This document shows positions 12,551-26,499 of a DNA stretch of 64,000 bases, piece by piece (position 1 is the stretch's first letter; each line of letters starts with the position of its first letter). Made by a program: the position numbers and the translations under genes. Source of the DNA: Takakia lepidozioides (lineage: Eukaryota > Plantae > Bryophyta); the NCBI GenBank assembly GCA_030704615.1, contig CM060732.1:13888001-13952000 (forward strand). The letters are read 5' to 3'. Under the pieces are notes generated by a model, which did not search any database, was not told where the DNA came from, and saw only the letters and a program-made list of their open reading frames with translations.

Positions 12551-15500
12551 TTTTGACGAGTCTCCCTAGAGGCCATGGGTTACACACCCCTCTCACAAAA
12601 ACCAAACTAAGAGGGGGAGGAGAGACAGGGAGAAGGAGAAAGAGAAAGAGAAAGAGATGAGGAGAAGGAAGGAGGAGGAGTGGATGTGCCCGAATTTACC
12701 AGCCGTCCTCGGCCTAAACTGCCGCAGAGATCAAGAGAGGGGGGAGGAACAAGTCGTGCGGGGGAGATGAATGATGGTCTGTAAAAACTTCAAAGCTTGT
12801 CAATGAAACAGGCTATCGCCACAGCCCACTGCAGCTTAAGCCATGAACGATTTGTCTCCGAATGAGAGAGACGCCAGTAATGAGTGCGGTTTGGGAGTTA
12901 GAGAATGTCACTATCTCATCCACGCGTCTTGTAGATCTTCTCGGAGATGGACAGCCGCCAACTTGGCGTGGAGAATGATTGTACTGTATTAGAGTCTCGA
13001 AGTCTCCGAGACTCTGATTCAGCACAGGAATCCAAGGAGATGGAAGGAAGTGACTTCGAGTCTGGATCTTTTCTCTTCACACGAGAGACAAGGATTTCTG
13101 TCAATCTCTCTTTTACTTAAATATGTAGAAATTAGCTTCCAAAAAACGTCTATCAATTTACTTTCATTAGGAATGAATTTCATCTTTATGATTTCAATCA
13201 GTTTTGGATGGATCATTGAAACATGGACGGAGGACTGCTGCACTTTAATGTGTATAAGCACTAGGTATACGTATAGCTCACTATCAATCGAGCTCTTGGG
13301 ATTCATCACATGAAATCAATTAAAGGACACTTACGAACTTCGGTTAGAACGCAGTCATTCCCTCGAAACTTTCAACATTAAATTTTCCAATGATTGTCAT
13401 TGCATTGCAATTGTGAAACTCTTGCCCTTCTAAGTTCTTACCTATTGGATTTTAGTGTGTGTGTGTGAAAGATGGCTCAGAACATTGCCCTTAGCTTGAA
13501 GGACAATTGGCCTGTGAAGTGTCAGTGAATGTTTCAAATTTCAGGCCTGAGTGGAACTTCATGCAAAAGCTCTAAGAGCACAATACACAAGCTGTTAGTA
13601 CCTGTAGGCAGCTACATTAGCGGTGTATTTGAGGGGAATTTCACAGATTTGCAGTGTCCAAGATAGTATCAATGAGGAATGGTCAAACCACATGCTCTTG
13701 GCAGGAGACGGTGGCAAGTCGGAATGTTACATACCTAGTGGTGCTCAAGACATTTCACTTTGTGTCTCTTATAGCCAATAATAGGGGCCCACTTTAGGGG
13801 GTGCAAGAGAGTTGGTGGAGGCGGCTGAAAGCTGACGCGTGAAGAAGGAATTTGTACGCTAGCAGCAACTGGCGGCATTCTTATGTCAGTAGATCCCCAT
13901 GTGGACCCAGTCGCACACAACGGACAGGCAGCAGCCGCAACGGTAAGTAGACTGTAGCAGGAAAGAGTAGCGTGTGATGAGTGTGTGTATTTGCACACGC
14001 TCGCTGCTCCGTTTGCCTCGGTCCGAACCCGAGATGGAGGCTGGGCAGTTTACCGAGTGATATTAAAAAGTATGTTTGTTGTCACTGCTCACACGAATAT
14101 CTTAGTGGATACTGGTAACAAGGCGAGCCTAGGGTTCCAGCTTCGTGGACCGAACCAACTTGACCAGGCGTGTCTCGGAACACCGCCCCAGCCAGTGAGA
14201 AGGAGACCGGCTGCAGGCCTGCTCACAATGGCACAGGCAAGGGAAAAAAACCCTTTCAGAGCAGCCCAGACAGGAAAATCCAAGAAAGATGTTTTGTCAC
14301 GCTCTTGCAAGATTTTCTTGGGAAGGCAGGAAGATGATTGTATCCTCGGGCAGCTCCCCGCCCAGACCCACCTGTAAAATCACTTCGAATTGTGAGGGAA
14401 GCTGTTGTGCTTGCACCTCCCACGGAAGGACTGACCTGCATCTGCCCTCTCTCGCTGCTCCTCTCTCATGGTTTGTCTATTTTATGAGCTCTTTGCTCCA
14501 AGGGTTGTTATGTATGGGCTGGGGCTTGAGGCCAAGGGCGAGGGCACTGTTATGAAAGTATTGCCGACCCCGTCGGTTCGGAGCTGGTCGCCCAAGGTGG
14601 GACAACGCTGTGGAGGGGTAGATTGAGTTGCAGGAAATGCATGTACAATTGGCTTTCGCGAAAAACTTGTGGACCTTGTATCCAAAGATATTCAGGTTGA
14701 GAGAGGGAGAGAGAACTTGCAATGCCTTGGTCCGATCGTTGCAGACTCGCAATCAGTTTTGGGAAAAGCTCTCATGGATGGATCAAGCACAGTTTGCCAT
14801 GGAGGTGGTTGAGTAGCTGGAAGTTATCTGCGACGCTGCGTATGTGCAAAGAGAGAACAGGTGAAAGGCACTGCCTGGCACAATCGTCCCCCCCAAAGAC
14901 GGGCAAACGAAAGAAAGTGAGAGACATAGAAGAGGAGGATTCTTTTCCCAGAGTGAACTGAAGGGGAAAGCAAAGAGCATGAAAGAGTATATGTGGATCA
15001 CCGGAGTGCCTACCTTTTGTGGGTTTCTTTCATTAGCTCAAACTCCACACCCATTCCTGCAGTAAATGCCTTTAGGTATTTCTCTGTTAGCTGTAGCGGG
15101 ACTACCTTGACTGAAAGATTAGGTCACTAAGAGAGGGAGGGGAGAAGAACAAGTCGGAGCCATTGCCTTGATTGTATGAGGGACCCCTGTGATGCTGGAC
15201 GACTTATAGCCTGAATGCTCCAATACATTCTTCAACATTTTCAAGCCCAAGAAGGGTAAGAGAGTGTCCCGAAAGATCGAGAGAAATAATCGGTGACTGG
15301 AAAGTTAAGGGGAAGAGGTTTGAGAAATAAGGCTGTGCGTATGTTGAATTGGTACAGTGACTGTACGCTAGCTCGAGGTCTGGCAACGAAAGAGAAGTAG
15401 TCTTGCAGAAACTCAATTGGAAAGGTGACTCTAGGAGAAAATTGTAGTTGTTCAAAGGCAACCGAGCACTTGCAAGCTATTGGATGCTGACAGCTGACCC

Positions 15501-15873
15501 ACATTAACGTGGCCGTAGCTTCTGGTTCTCTATGACTTGAGGCACAAGGCTGCATTCTTTTGCCAAAGTACGATTGGAAAGTCCTTTTGAGTCGCTCTTG
15601 AAATATGTCGGGTGAGAAGCACCTCGTTGAGTGATGGGTTTGGGTAGACAGACAGCTAGCCCCTTTTTTTTTACCTTCCCTTAGTGGAAGGGTAGTTTTT
15701 CTAGAGACCATGGAGCTGAACTGCCGCTCCCTAGCCCATCAGCTCAATTTTAAAGGGGGATACTTTTTCTGCAGTACGAGTTGTACGGGATCATGCAGCA
15801 CTAAAGACCATGCACAAAAGACTGGTGGGCAGATTTTGACAACACCGGTAATATAGTTGGAACCGTTGTTCCA

Positions 15874-15973
<100 letters not shown>

Positions 15974-15996
15974 AGATTGGGGGCTTTCAGTACTGC

Positions 15997-18222
15997 ATGG
16001 GCAGAATGGCAGCAGGCATTTCATCCCCAGCCCGCGTGAGGCTGATGGATTTGATTGCTACAGATGGACTTCCATCTGACCGCTACAAGCTAGCCGTCAC
16101 AACATTGTCCCAGTCCTTCAGGAATTTCAGCGCTGCCATTATTCAATTGCCCCCGGGTGACGATGTCCTGTTACGGTGTGTGCTTGATTCTGTCAGAATG
16201 TACTTCCATCAAAAACCGATTGTGGATCCTGGATCTGTCCACGCAGAGGACCCTCAAGACTGGAATCGTACAGTGGGTTACTATGCTGAGCCCCAGCATA
16301 TCAGGGAGTTCTATGATTATCGTCCGGGGCGAACTGCTGTGGATGCAGCTAACCTAGCGGGGACGGAATTGCCCCCAGCGGGATTGCCTGAGCTTTTTGC
16401 TGCGCTGGGGAAGGCTGCCCGTGCTATCTTGGATGCAATTGGTTTCTCGCTTGAGCTGAGGAGTTTCTCGTTTACAGATTTGCTGGATAATGTGCCACTG
16501 AGAAGTGGAGAGACTTCAATTTCTGTTCTATCAACTTGCTGTCACAATAGGTATGGCGGACCCTCTTGGCTCACATTTTGTTGAAACGAATTGGAATCCA
16601 TAGAGGACTGCCATCACCGGAAGAGAGAATATCCTCTGCTATCCTGGGCATGATTTTCTCCTAACCAAAGATAAAATGCCTTTTTGAATGTGCCTAGAAT
16701 TTGGTACTCTGGATAGAACTTGAACAATTATTGGCACTCTCGTAGCACCCGGGTCTTTGGGCAAATTCTCAGGACTTCAAATCCATAGAATCTTTGCCAT
16801 CCTGAATTTGAACTTCTGTCCCAGAAGAATTGGTTTGATTGTCAAGTATTCTGGTCTTAAATAGGCTCATCTTGCAAGAATGTCTTAAAAGTCCTACAGC
16901 AGTAGACTTTGAGAAATTATCTTTGTGAGCTTCCTGCTTAGTTGTCCAGGTGTTAAGCACAGACTGTCCTTTCTTTATGTTGGCAGACCTGGGGCACACC
17001 AGGGAGCTGTACTGACAGGTGAGCAAGGCCATATGCCCCTTCATGAAGAGGAAGAACCACATGCTGACAAGGGACTCTTGACCTTACTGAAGTCAGATAA
17101 ATCTGGGCTCCAAATACGAGACTTTCAGGGACGATGGGTTGTTGCGGATGCAGACTTGGGCCCCCAAGACATGGTACTGTACTCAGGTCTGTCTCTCTAT
17201 CAAGCAACTGCAAGTTACGTAATGCCTGCTCTCCAGCGAATTGACACCAGCACAAGCCTTGGTCATGCCCAGAGTTCTACCCTTTATGGACGATGTTCCG
17301 TGGCGTTTAAGCTTATGCCTCGTGCTTCAGCAATTTTGCATTGCTCTGCTATGACAGCTGCTGGCCATCCTGTGGGGGGTCCCTTTCAACTGCCAGTTGC
17401 TGTTCATGATTTCATGCAGCGGTCACATCCCATGGACCAACTTGTGAGCCGGCCCGGCATTCCAACTTTTGCCTTTCCTACGCCACCTGATGGTGGGTTA
17501 CTTCTGCACGTGTTGAGGGGATGGGATTAAATGAAGTTCTGCTGCTGTTAAGGATTAGTGTGCATAAGCTCAATGTTTTACTCGATCGTCTTCCTCTCCA
17601 GATGGGTAGAGGCATTGGTGAGCTCACGTGATGAATGATCACTCACATGAGCCTCACAAGCATGATTATCTGTAGATGACGTGCTAGTTCACCTTGCCAA
17701 GGAAAGAAGCACGTTCTTAGTTACATGATTAAATGATAATGCATTATTGGTAATGCTACATGTCTAACAGTAAGCTGACTTTCACAGCTGGATGTCCTGA
17801 CTGAAACTTCTATTCAGTAGTTTTCGTTCCTGCCACAGCTCAAGTGAAGGCACCGATGAAGCGCCGCAAACAAATCTCACGAGGGAAGCCCCTTGCTCCA
17901 TCCAAGCGGTTACGGCTTGAAGCCCAACGTGTTCTTAAGGAGCGAGTTCAGGAGATAGCAGACAGTAAAGGTCTCAAAATCCGGTACTGCAATTTCAAAG
18001 AGTGTGAGGAGCAACACATCACTGCACTTGATAGTCCCTGTTCAGCAATGCGGGCAGAGATGGGTTGGCCCCCTGGGGTCTCCTTTGTTCATCCTCATGA
18101 TCTGCCCAATAAAGCCAAGCAGGCCTTTTTGGAAGCTTACGAACCTGGATGGACAGCTGCTCAAGATGTGGAACTCGGATTATTGGAGCCAAGCCACTTG
18201 CAACAACCTCAGACTCATGCTT
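15997..18222 (+). CDS. 2-oxoglutarate/Fe(II)-dependent oxygenase superfamily-like protein. Exons 15997-16550, 16987-17492, 17839-18222; the stop may be formed across a last intron (T|AA at 18779-18780)
   Basis: GT-AG introns keep the frame (HNR|PGAH, PPDA|QVK). HxD motif PHADKGLLTLLKSDKSGLQI..GRW typical of the DSBH fold. Basic NLS-like KRRK...KRLR and C-terminal GWPPGVSFVHPHDLPNKAK resemble a conserved plant family. Confidence 0.88.
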
Positions 18223-21200
18223 GTAAGGCTCTGAACTGTCTTTGCAGAATTGGCTGGGGAAAGAGCCAAGGGGGGGTTTTGAGGGAGGGAAAGAAAGAAA
18301 GAAAAAGAATTTGACTGTGGAGAGGTGCCTACATGCTCTTTATTGGGCAGTCAACCCTTCACACACCTAAGAAAGATGGTCTCGACTGTCTCTCCGTTCC
18401 TAAAATCTTGGAGGCACTTTGGACATGGTACTGGAATGGAGATGACATATGGGTCCCCAACAGTCCCTTCTGTGATTTTGTCCTTTTTCAAACATTTAGC
18501 TTCCCAGAGACAGGAACCCTGATCTTTCTCAGCGGGATCCAGGAAGTTAGTCTGTTGATCATATTTTGCGATTGTCGAAGATGATATCTTGCAAGTCACA
18601 CACAGTGCATGAGGCTCATTTAGCCTGGAAGGAAAACTCGTGATTTGAACCACATGTCAATATGAAAAGGCTGAATGCATTAGGGCATGCAAGGAAATCT
18701 CTTGACCTGTGTCTAAAACCAGTGACTAGGAGTTCATGCACCTATTTTGTCCACTTTTGGTCTTGCTGGCATCTGCAGAACTCATTTGAGTGGGGGGGCT
18801 CACCAGAGTTGACTCAGTAATGAGTGGGTGATTTGTTGCATAGCTTGAATTCATCCATCATTTCTTGTGGTGGTTTTGCATCTGTTCTGTTATTGGAAGG
18901 AGGAGAATGAGGAATCTCTAGTCTAGGTGGTCAAGTTCTAAGGTTCAGTCACCAAAGTGTTAATGTTTTGAAAGGTAGTTGAGAAATTCCAATAATTAAC
19001 ACTGATGGCAAGAGGCATTCATCTCATCTAAGCATCTGGAGCCACAAAAGCTCATCAAAGTCAACCATATTTGTTAGTTACATTTGTATTCCAGCAATAC
19101 CATTGTATAGAGAGAGTGGGTGGTTCAAATAATATGGGATAACTCTTATGAAGTGACAGGAGCACCGCTTGTGGAGGACCAACGATTTGCAGTGAGGACC
19201 ATATTTGATTTTCTGCGTGGCAAGGGCAAGCTCGTTCCTACTGGAAAACCTCAGGTGGTTGGGCACAAAGTGAATCTTAGTGGTTTGGCGAAGGTGTCGT
19301 TTGAGGCAGGCGGACGAACCCAGGTGGCCTCCTGTGCTATTCTTCACTGAGTTTATTTGTTGGTTATCCAACCAATGGAAAAGTCTGCATTGAAAGGCCC
19401 AAAGTTTGAGCTTTTGTCTGTTGGTTTTTTGAAATGAACAACTGAGAAATGTACATCCAGGTTGGGGAGGTTGTCAAGGATAAAATCGTTCCTTTTTGCC
19501 CTATACAATCTGGACCATTGAAGGCTGTACACCAATCTGAAGTTTAAAATGCTTGAAGTTGCTAGAGAGTTACAGCCTTTGAGTCCTTTGATCTTGAAGC
19601 CCCTGCTATTGCAGCTGATTACATTCAGCTATAACTTCCTGCATAAATAGGCCCTGTGAAATTAGAGAAAAGAAGTCCATGCCTCTATTCTCCACTTCAG
19701 CTTGGGGTATCTGTATCATGAAACACCCCGGTCTGTGGTCAGAATGGCAAAAGCTCCAAGCAAAGCCAGGGTAGTTTCAGGGCACAAACCAACTGTGCAG
19801 GCGTGATCTCAAAGGTGCACGTCCGGTCATTTTCCTGCTGGCCTATTCTTAGGCTTTATGCTCTTTTGTGGTATGCTTGATTGTAGCTAGAGGATGCAAC
19901 AGGAGTTGACATCCTGACCTCAGTGTCACCCCCTGTGATCTAGATTGGAATACCAAAGCTGTGGTGTGATTTGTGGTTGATTTAACCAAATTACTGCATT
20001 ATATTTTGCCTCATCATTCTTCTGGCTGTTTGCTCTCTTTACCCAGAATATTTGACTGTATGGTGAAGAAGCTTGTAGAGCAAATCTGGAAGACCAGAAC
20101 CCGCTAACAGCAAAGTGGAGCTGGTCTGGCAACAGTCTGGTCAATCATTGTTTACAACTGTTCGGCAGTGCCGAGAGGGTTGTAGCACATACAATGTAGA
20201 ATGAGGTTGATTCTGGCCTTCCAGAATTTCAACGAAGCCTTTAGTCATAGCATCAATATGTCAATTGGACGTGACTATGGAGTCAGGAGTGTGACAGCTT
20301 TTGGCATTGTGTTGCATTTTGGGAGTAGTGACAACCTGTGATCTCAAGAGCCTCTTGCTTGTCCATGCCTGTTGATATGTCAAATGGGTTCCCATTACCA
20401 GCTCTGTTAATTTACTGCAGAGAGGTACCTAGTATTAGTTTGAACTTCAGGCAATTGTCCAGCATGGGAAGGCCTTTAGGTAGTCATTGAGTTCAAGTTG
20501 TTCATCAAAGACTGGGAAGGACATTTTGCAGGGCCTCATCTCGTCGCTTTTCCCTACCATTTCCCCATGTGGCCTCACTATGGACTTCACTAGTAGGTCA
20601 GAGAGAGAGAGATAGTGACAACAAGTCTATTTCCCGCAGGACACCAAAGCAGGTGGTGGGATTTTTACCCGCCAGGGTATAAAAGTCAGCTTGATGTCGA
20701 GCATGCCTTGCCAACAATGATCTTATATATGTTACGGTGTTAAAATATCACACTAGAAATAAGAGTGTTGATATAGCACTGCTACTGTAGCTGTCTAGTG
20801 TTTATCTTGCTTGATACAAATTTGAAACATGACTGCCAGCCACTGGCTCATGAAAAAGGAAAGTAAAAATTCAACGTCCAGCGAAATTCACTGTGCCTAC
20901 TACTCAATGCACAGTCCACCAGGGCCCAAAGGATGGGTGTGGACCTGAATATAAAGGAGAGACCAAAAGGAGAAAGACAACATGTAAGAGTTCTATTACT
21001 ACAAGGGAGGCCCAGAAAGCCGAGAGGACACAGTGGAACCGTAGAAACCAACAAAGGAAATAAGTAGCTTACTACATCCACTGGAGGGAGGACCCATATG
21101 TGATAGGAAGAGTATATGTAAGTGATCGTTTGGCTTGGTGTGGGGCAGTTTGAATCAGAGTCTGGCTTTCAGCGCTTCATTGCAGACCATTTCCAACTTG

Positions 21201-22868
21201 ACAATGCGTCCGAGTGGGTGAAAGAGAGAGCTCTGGAACGGCTGAAGAAATTGTATGATCAAGTGCTTGCTGATTATGTTGAGGATTTGGTGGCCAGTGA
21301 ACAACAAAATTGAAAGTGAGAGAGAGATCTGAAATGCATTTTGAGTTTAGAAGAGGATAGGAAGCGTGTTAAAATTTTCTGATCACTCTGCCTATCTTTG
21401 GCCACCGGGAAAGAGGGGCTTGTTATTTCCTGGTTTGGTTGATGAACGTACCACTCTTTTGCTGCAAGCACGTCACGGGCTGTGTTGGTTGCATTGGCTG
21501 GAACGATTTTGGTCCAATGCATGCAATACTCTGAGGTACTAGTCTTGAAGCTAGTCTTCAGTGCCCGAGTTGCTATCTCGTACAGATAGGCGCTGATCAA
21601 CGTAGAATTCACTTTGGGAGGATCAGACCAGTTTTACTCGGAGGGTTTGTGTTTGGCTCCTAGCGGGGCTAAAAAGTGCACGGGTGTAACAACTTTATTG
21701 ATGTGGGAGCTTTTTAATTCCCACAAGTAATGTGGACATCCTCCCTTTATTTGTGAAAATCACTACTGTCCTATTACTGTAAGATGAAGGGAGCAGGGGG
21801 ACGTTTGAGATTGCTTCGCCAGGGTTAGAAGGCTACATGGAACTGGGTAGATTATACCTGGCGCGTTGTCTGGTCCAGGAGGTAACTCCGCGGCCGCCCG
21901 ATTCTTTTCCTAGCATAAAACCGCTTCAAATATTTCCCCGCCTTTTTGCAATCGTGTCTGCGTTGTTGTTCGTTCACTGGAAAGAAACTGGAAATTAATG
22001 GGCAACTAATCTCCGACGTATCTAGTATATATTTATGGTAAGAAGCTGTGTAAATTATGCGGTAGAAGGTGTGCTGACTCAGCCAGTACGCCACTCGCCA
22101 GCTGGTGTGGGGCGTTCCCCGCTGTAATCCACTCCGGGTCCTTACGAGTTAGGGTTCACCAGTATAAGCCCAAAATACGCAGGAAATATTTGAAGCGTGT
22201 TTGGGAATGCCCCAGGGCCGGCCCAAATGCCTGTGAATGCCCGCGGGCCGGGCATTCCCCGACGTGGTGCCTGATTGGCCCACGTGTCGCTCAGCCTCCC
22301 TCTGCACCGGAAGATTGTTGCGGAAGGTGGTGTTGCACAGGAAGGTTTTACACTTGGTGGTTCATAGGCACTCAGTTCTGGAAGATAGACCTTCCGTTCC
22401 ATGAAACGGAATGTGTAGGGTAAATAAGCGTACGTCCTGCTTTTTATCTAGCGCAATCTGATTGGCTGCGAATTATCCCATATCGATTGCCCGTATTTAG
22501 CAACTGGGTGTTCTTGAGCTACATGCACGTGGTGGAAGGCCACATCCTGGCAGGGCTTTCCCTCAGGGGAGGTGTCGTCAAAATACAAAGGGTGAAACAC
22601 CATAGGGCGTTACGTATACCGTAATGCCCTAAGCCCTCACTGGAGGGCATTCCCGATTTAAGGGCCTGACGCGCCAAGGGCGGTAGCCCGAGGGGAAGGT
22701 GTCAGCCCCGGGGGAAGGCCCCAAAATCCGGGAATGCCCCACACAAGGGACGTTACCTTGTGTGAAGAAATGCCAGAAAATTAAAAAAAATCTAATGGCC
22801 GGTGCATTCTACATTTCGGAAAGCACCGCGACTGTGACTGTATGTAATGCACGTGAATGAGTTCACAC

Positions 22869-23642
22869 CAGTGTTGGCCGGGTATCGCATCTGGACATGC
22901 ATACCCGGCGGTTATTTGCCGGTTATGCACATATGCATACCCAGAAAGTGCAGCCCCTGGAGGAACCGGCTATGGAAGGGAGCTTCCTAACCGGCTAGAG
23001 AACCGGCATCCTGATTGTAAGGATGTTATACCCGGAGCAGGATCCGGAGCAAATGTGGATGGCGTAGAGGCGGTTCTAGATAATATAGGTGTAGGGGTTG
23101 GTGATGGTAGTTAAGATTATTGCATATGGACATATCCTGATTATGTCTTACTAGTAACAATACATTTACAATGGTTGGGGAGATTAGGTGCACAACATTG
23201 AGAATGCCCAAGTAAATAGGAAATTAATTAGTTGGGCATTTGGCTAAAACAATAGTTATAACTTAGTGTATTACAGGGGTAGCCTCAAGGGAGAGAGATA
23301 GATGATAGGGGTTGAACTTTTGAACCTGAGACCCACATGCCAATACACAAGTGGCTTACCACCATGCCACAACCCTCTTGTGTAGTTTTACACACATACA
23401 CAAAAATGCTAGAAGAAGTAAATATATAAAAATGGATGAATCCCATAACCGGTACCATGGAACCGACAATTTTTAAAATGGCATAACCGGTAGATTGAAA
23501 ATTCATGTGTTTAATGAGAATCTGTATCCGAGATGTTTTTCAAACCTATTGTTATACCCTGGCCCGGCCATCCACTTTTTTCAAGGAGTAGGCCATAACT
23601 GGACCGGAAGAGGGCTCAAAACATGGTACCCGGCCAACACTG
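22869..23642. mobile_element. Intact non-autonomous hAT-type element (774 bp)
   Basis: Perfect 16-bp TIRs CAGTGTTGGCCGGGTA / TACCCGGCCAACACTG, flanked by the 8-bp TSD GTTCACAC (22861-22868 and 23643-23650). Internal ACCGG-type subterminal motifs. Confidence 0.92.
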
Positions 23643-24134
23643 GTTCACACCAGTTGTATCTTGCTAAGAAACAAGGTTAGGACTACATGATGGAAACTGT
23701 ATATCTCGTTGAGATTGTTCAGAAGCCGCGCGAGTTGAACCATTTTGCAATATGATCATTGAGTGGACATGTAAATCTCAATGTTAGCAGTCCCACAGTC
23801 AGTACCTGGTTTGAAACTTGGGCTATATCTCAGATCTCTGTCAGGATGATACGTGTGGCCATAGAACTTCCTCAAAGCTGCAATTAACTTGTCGAAAGCC
23901 TAGGAGTATTCCCTACAGAGTGAACAGGGTGATGGGAGGGTTACTAGATCAATATCTTAGCTACCAGGAAGAAGATGAAGGTTACTACGAGACCTAATCA
24001 CTGAAGGAGGCAAAGAACCAGCCCATGCATATCCCAACATCAAGACATATAAACCTGGATGACCTGGGTACTAAAATCTACTTAACTATCACTCTCACCA
24101 CAAACTAGCCCAAACTTTTGTCGTCTCGAATTGT

Positions 24135-24770
24135 TCAGTAAGCACATAGTCCAAACCGGCAAGTCCCATCACGGCACGCCATCCCACATTTCCCACAATT
24201 CTGTGTATCATCGTTAAGATTTCTACACTTGCCTTTGCAGCAGCTCCGATCCCACTTGCAAACATGGCCGCAGTGGCCACAATGATTCGGATTGGTTGCC
24301 AGGTCCACGCAGGAATCGCCACAGCAGGTAGTCCGGCGTTGATCTCTCTTGGACGCCTTTAGGGTGATGCACACCGTGGCAGTATCCGAGCAACCGTTGG
24401 AGTGCGCCCACAGGCTGCGCCGGGGAACAACTGCATTCGAGACCCTTTTCTGCCTTGGCCGTCTCATCACTGAGTTATGAGATGAAGGAGGATCAAGGGC
24501 CTTACCTGAGTGAGCTTCAACCCTGCAACGATCGAATCTTCGTTGGTCTGGGAAATAGCCGTATCCAACCTCACTTGTAACCTCTCTACTCTTTGCTCCT
24601 GGTCTAGGCGAATGGGCTGTGTTGTGGGAGCTACCCTTGAAACTGCGTCTCTCCATAGCTTCCGATGTAGGAAACGGGGCGAAACACACCGCAAGTAGAG
24701 CACCAGCTGTTACCAAAGCAATGACCGGAAGACTGAGTGTGCCTGCGGCAACCATGTGCAGCTGGGCCAT
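24135..24770 (-). CDS. STIG1-domain secreted cysteine-rich protein (single exon, ~211 aa from ATG 24770)
   Basis: N-terminal hydrophobic segment LSLPVIALVTAGALLAVCFA. C-terminal TCCGDSCVDLATNPNHCGHCGHVC..SCCKGKC.NL..D..NCGKCG..C...CRFGLCAY is the STIG1 cysteine pattern. Confidence 0.88.
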   Translation of the reverse strand: MAQLHMVAAGTLSLPVIALVTAGALLAVCFAPFPTSEAMERRSFKGSSHNTAHSPRPGAKSREVTSEVGYGYFPDQRRFDRCRVEAHSGKALDPPSSHNSVMRRPRQKRVSNAVVPRRSLWAHSNGCSDTATVCITLKASKRDQRRTTCCGDSCVDLATNPNHCGHCGHVCKWDRSCCKGKCRNLNDDTQNCGKCGMACRDGTCRFGLCAY

Positions 24771-25759
24771 ATGGAAAATCCTCGACAATCTATACTCAGA
24801 CTTCTTACGCTGAACTGATGACACTGCGTCCACCCCGGGTTGCAAGTTGCTGCGTATGACAACAACCTGTCACAATCTCTACTACTGAGGCAGGCCTTTT
24901 CTCAATCTATAAATCACTTTATCATATGGAACCGCTTGTAAACGATGAGATCGCGCGACGTTCTAGAAGCTGGCAATACAGTAAAGCCGCAGTAGTGTTA
25001 AACTGCAACCGAGTGTGCATATTTGTAAACTCGAAGTAATCCTTTTTTCTTCAATATTTCTAAGTACTGCAGTCCGATTAAAGATCTGTTTGTGTCTCTG
25101 TTTGGATCGGCCTCGGGGCCCTCTGACAAGAAGGAGAGAGACGAAGCTGCGATTATCAATGTAACGCAAACCGCCTTGGCACGCGCAGAGAGCTTATTAC
25201 CCTGGGCTTTTCCCTCGTGAACAGCCCCATGCTACGCTCTAAATTCACTGGACGTTAGACAAACTTTACTTCTACTTTAGTTTTACTTACGTCAAACAAA
25301 CTTGCTTTACTTTTACCTCTCCTTTTTACATTCCCCTGCTAACGCCGCCCTCTCGCCGTCATTCGCCCTCCCAGCCTCCCTTCTTGGGCTAGTTTCGCCA
25401 TAATTCTCACATTAATTCTTTTTCGACTAATATGTCACTCTTCTGCGAGGGTTTGCATAGCCCCAAACGTAGCTTCTTCCAGTGAAGTGCTTCATTCCCC
25501 CAACGTCGCTGCATCCAGTGAATTGTTTCATTGGGCGCGCATTGCTGCACATATGTCTCCTAAATCATTCACTGTCTTATTTATTCCTAATACTAACCAT
25601 ACCAATTCTAAACACCTAATACTAAGCGAACCCCCCCCCCCCCCCCCACAGTATTCAGGTTAGCTACATTGGAACCTTGCTCGATCATTTATCAACCCCC
25701 ACCGCCCTGGCGCAATTACATGAAATACCCATAACCGTTACCCACTAACTAAATTGGTA

Positions 25760-26400
25760 TGTGTACACACCACTTACAAAACCCGCAAATACCTACCACT
25801 TTTAACCATCAACTGGACCGGATTCTAAGACATTTATTTGGTCACATAGCCGCAGTCCACCCGCCTACCCAAACACCCAACAAATACTCCCGAATCGACC
25901 CGGACAAACCATGGAGACATGTGACTCCCAAGCCTCTATGGGCAACAAGACAAAAAAACCTTTGTTATACCACTCCCAAATTTCACAGAACCCACAACCT
26001 TGAAAGTCCCACCACAAAAATGCATATATACTGATGGCTCCTTAAAAGATGCTCGAGCGGATTGTGGTATATATTTGGTTGGCACAACACCAAAATATAT
26101 AGCCGTCTCCTGGTCGCCATAATATCTTGTGAGCGGAGCTTATGGCTATACATGATGCTATGAAGTCTCTCCCATACCAACCTACTTCAATATATTATTT
26201 ATTTATAGACAGCTTGGTCTCCCTATACCTTCTCACCAACCAAATCTGCAAGCCATCATCACAGATCCACCATACTGATATTACATTTATAAAAGGAATC
26301 GTCAATGTTGTATCCTCTTTACCGCTGCAAATCCATATACATAAAGTTCGATCTCACACAGTAGGTGATGACATAGCAGACCATCTAGTTAGAAATGCAG
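25760..26400 (+). pseudogene. Decayed RNase H domain, probably from a non-LTR retrotransposon
   Basis: Across frameshifts: IYTDGS...ELMAI...IDS...HKVRSH...DDIADHL, matching the RNase H D-E-D-H-D motif order. Confidence 0.65.
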
Positions 26401-26499
26401 ATTTATAATATCTGGATCTGTAGGATATATCATTCTCTAATTTGTCAAGTATCCGGACCCGGCGGATATTAAAAAAAACTAAGAACCGCCCAACACTAG
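26400..26499. mobile_element. Lone end of a hAT-like element related to the 22869 MITE
   Basis: Ends GAACCGCCCAACACTAG, similar to the TIR CCGGCCAACACTG. No partner end was found. Confidence 0.4.
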
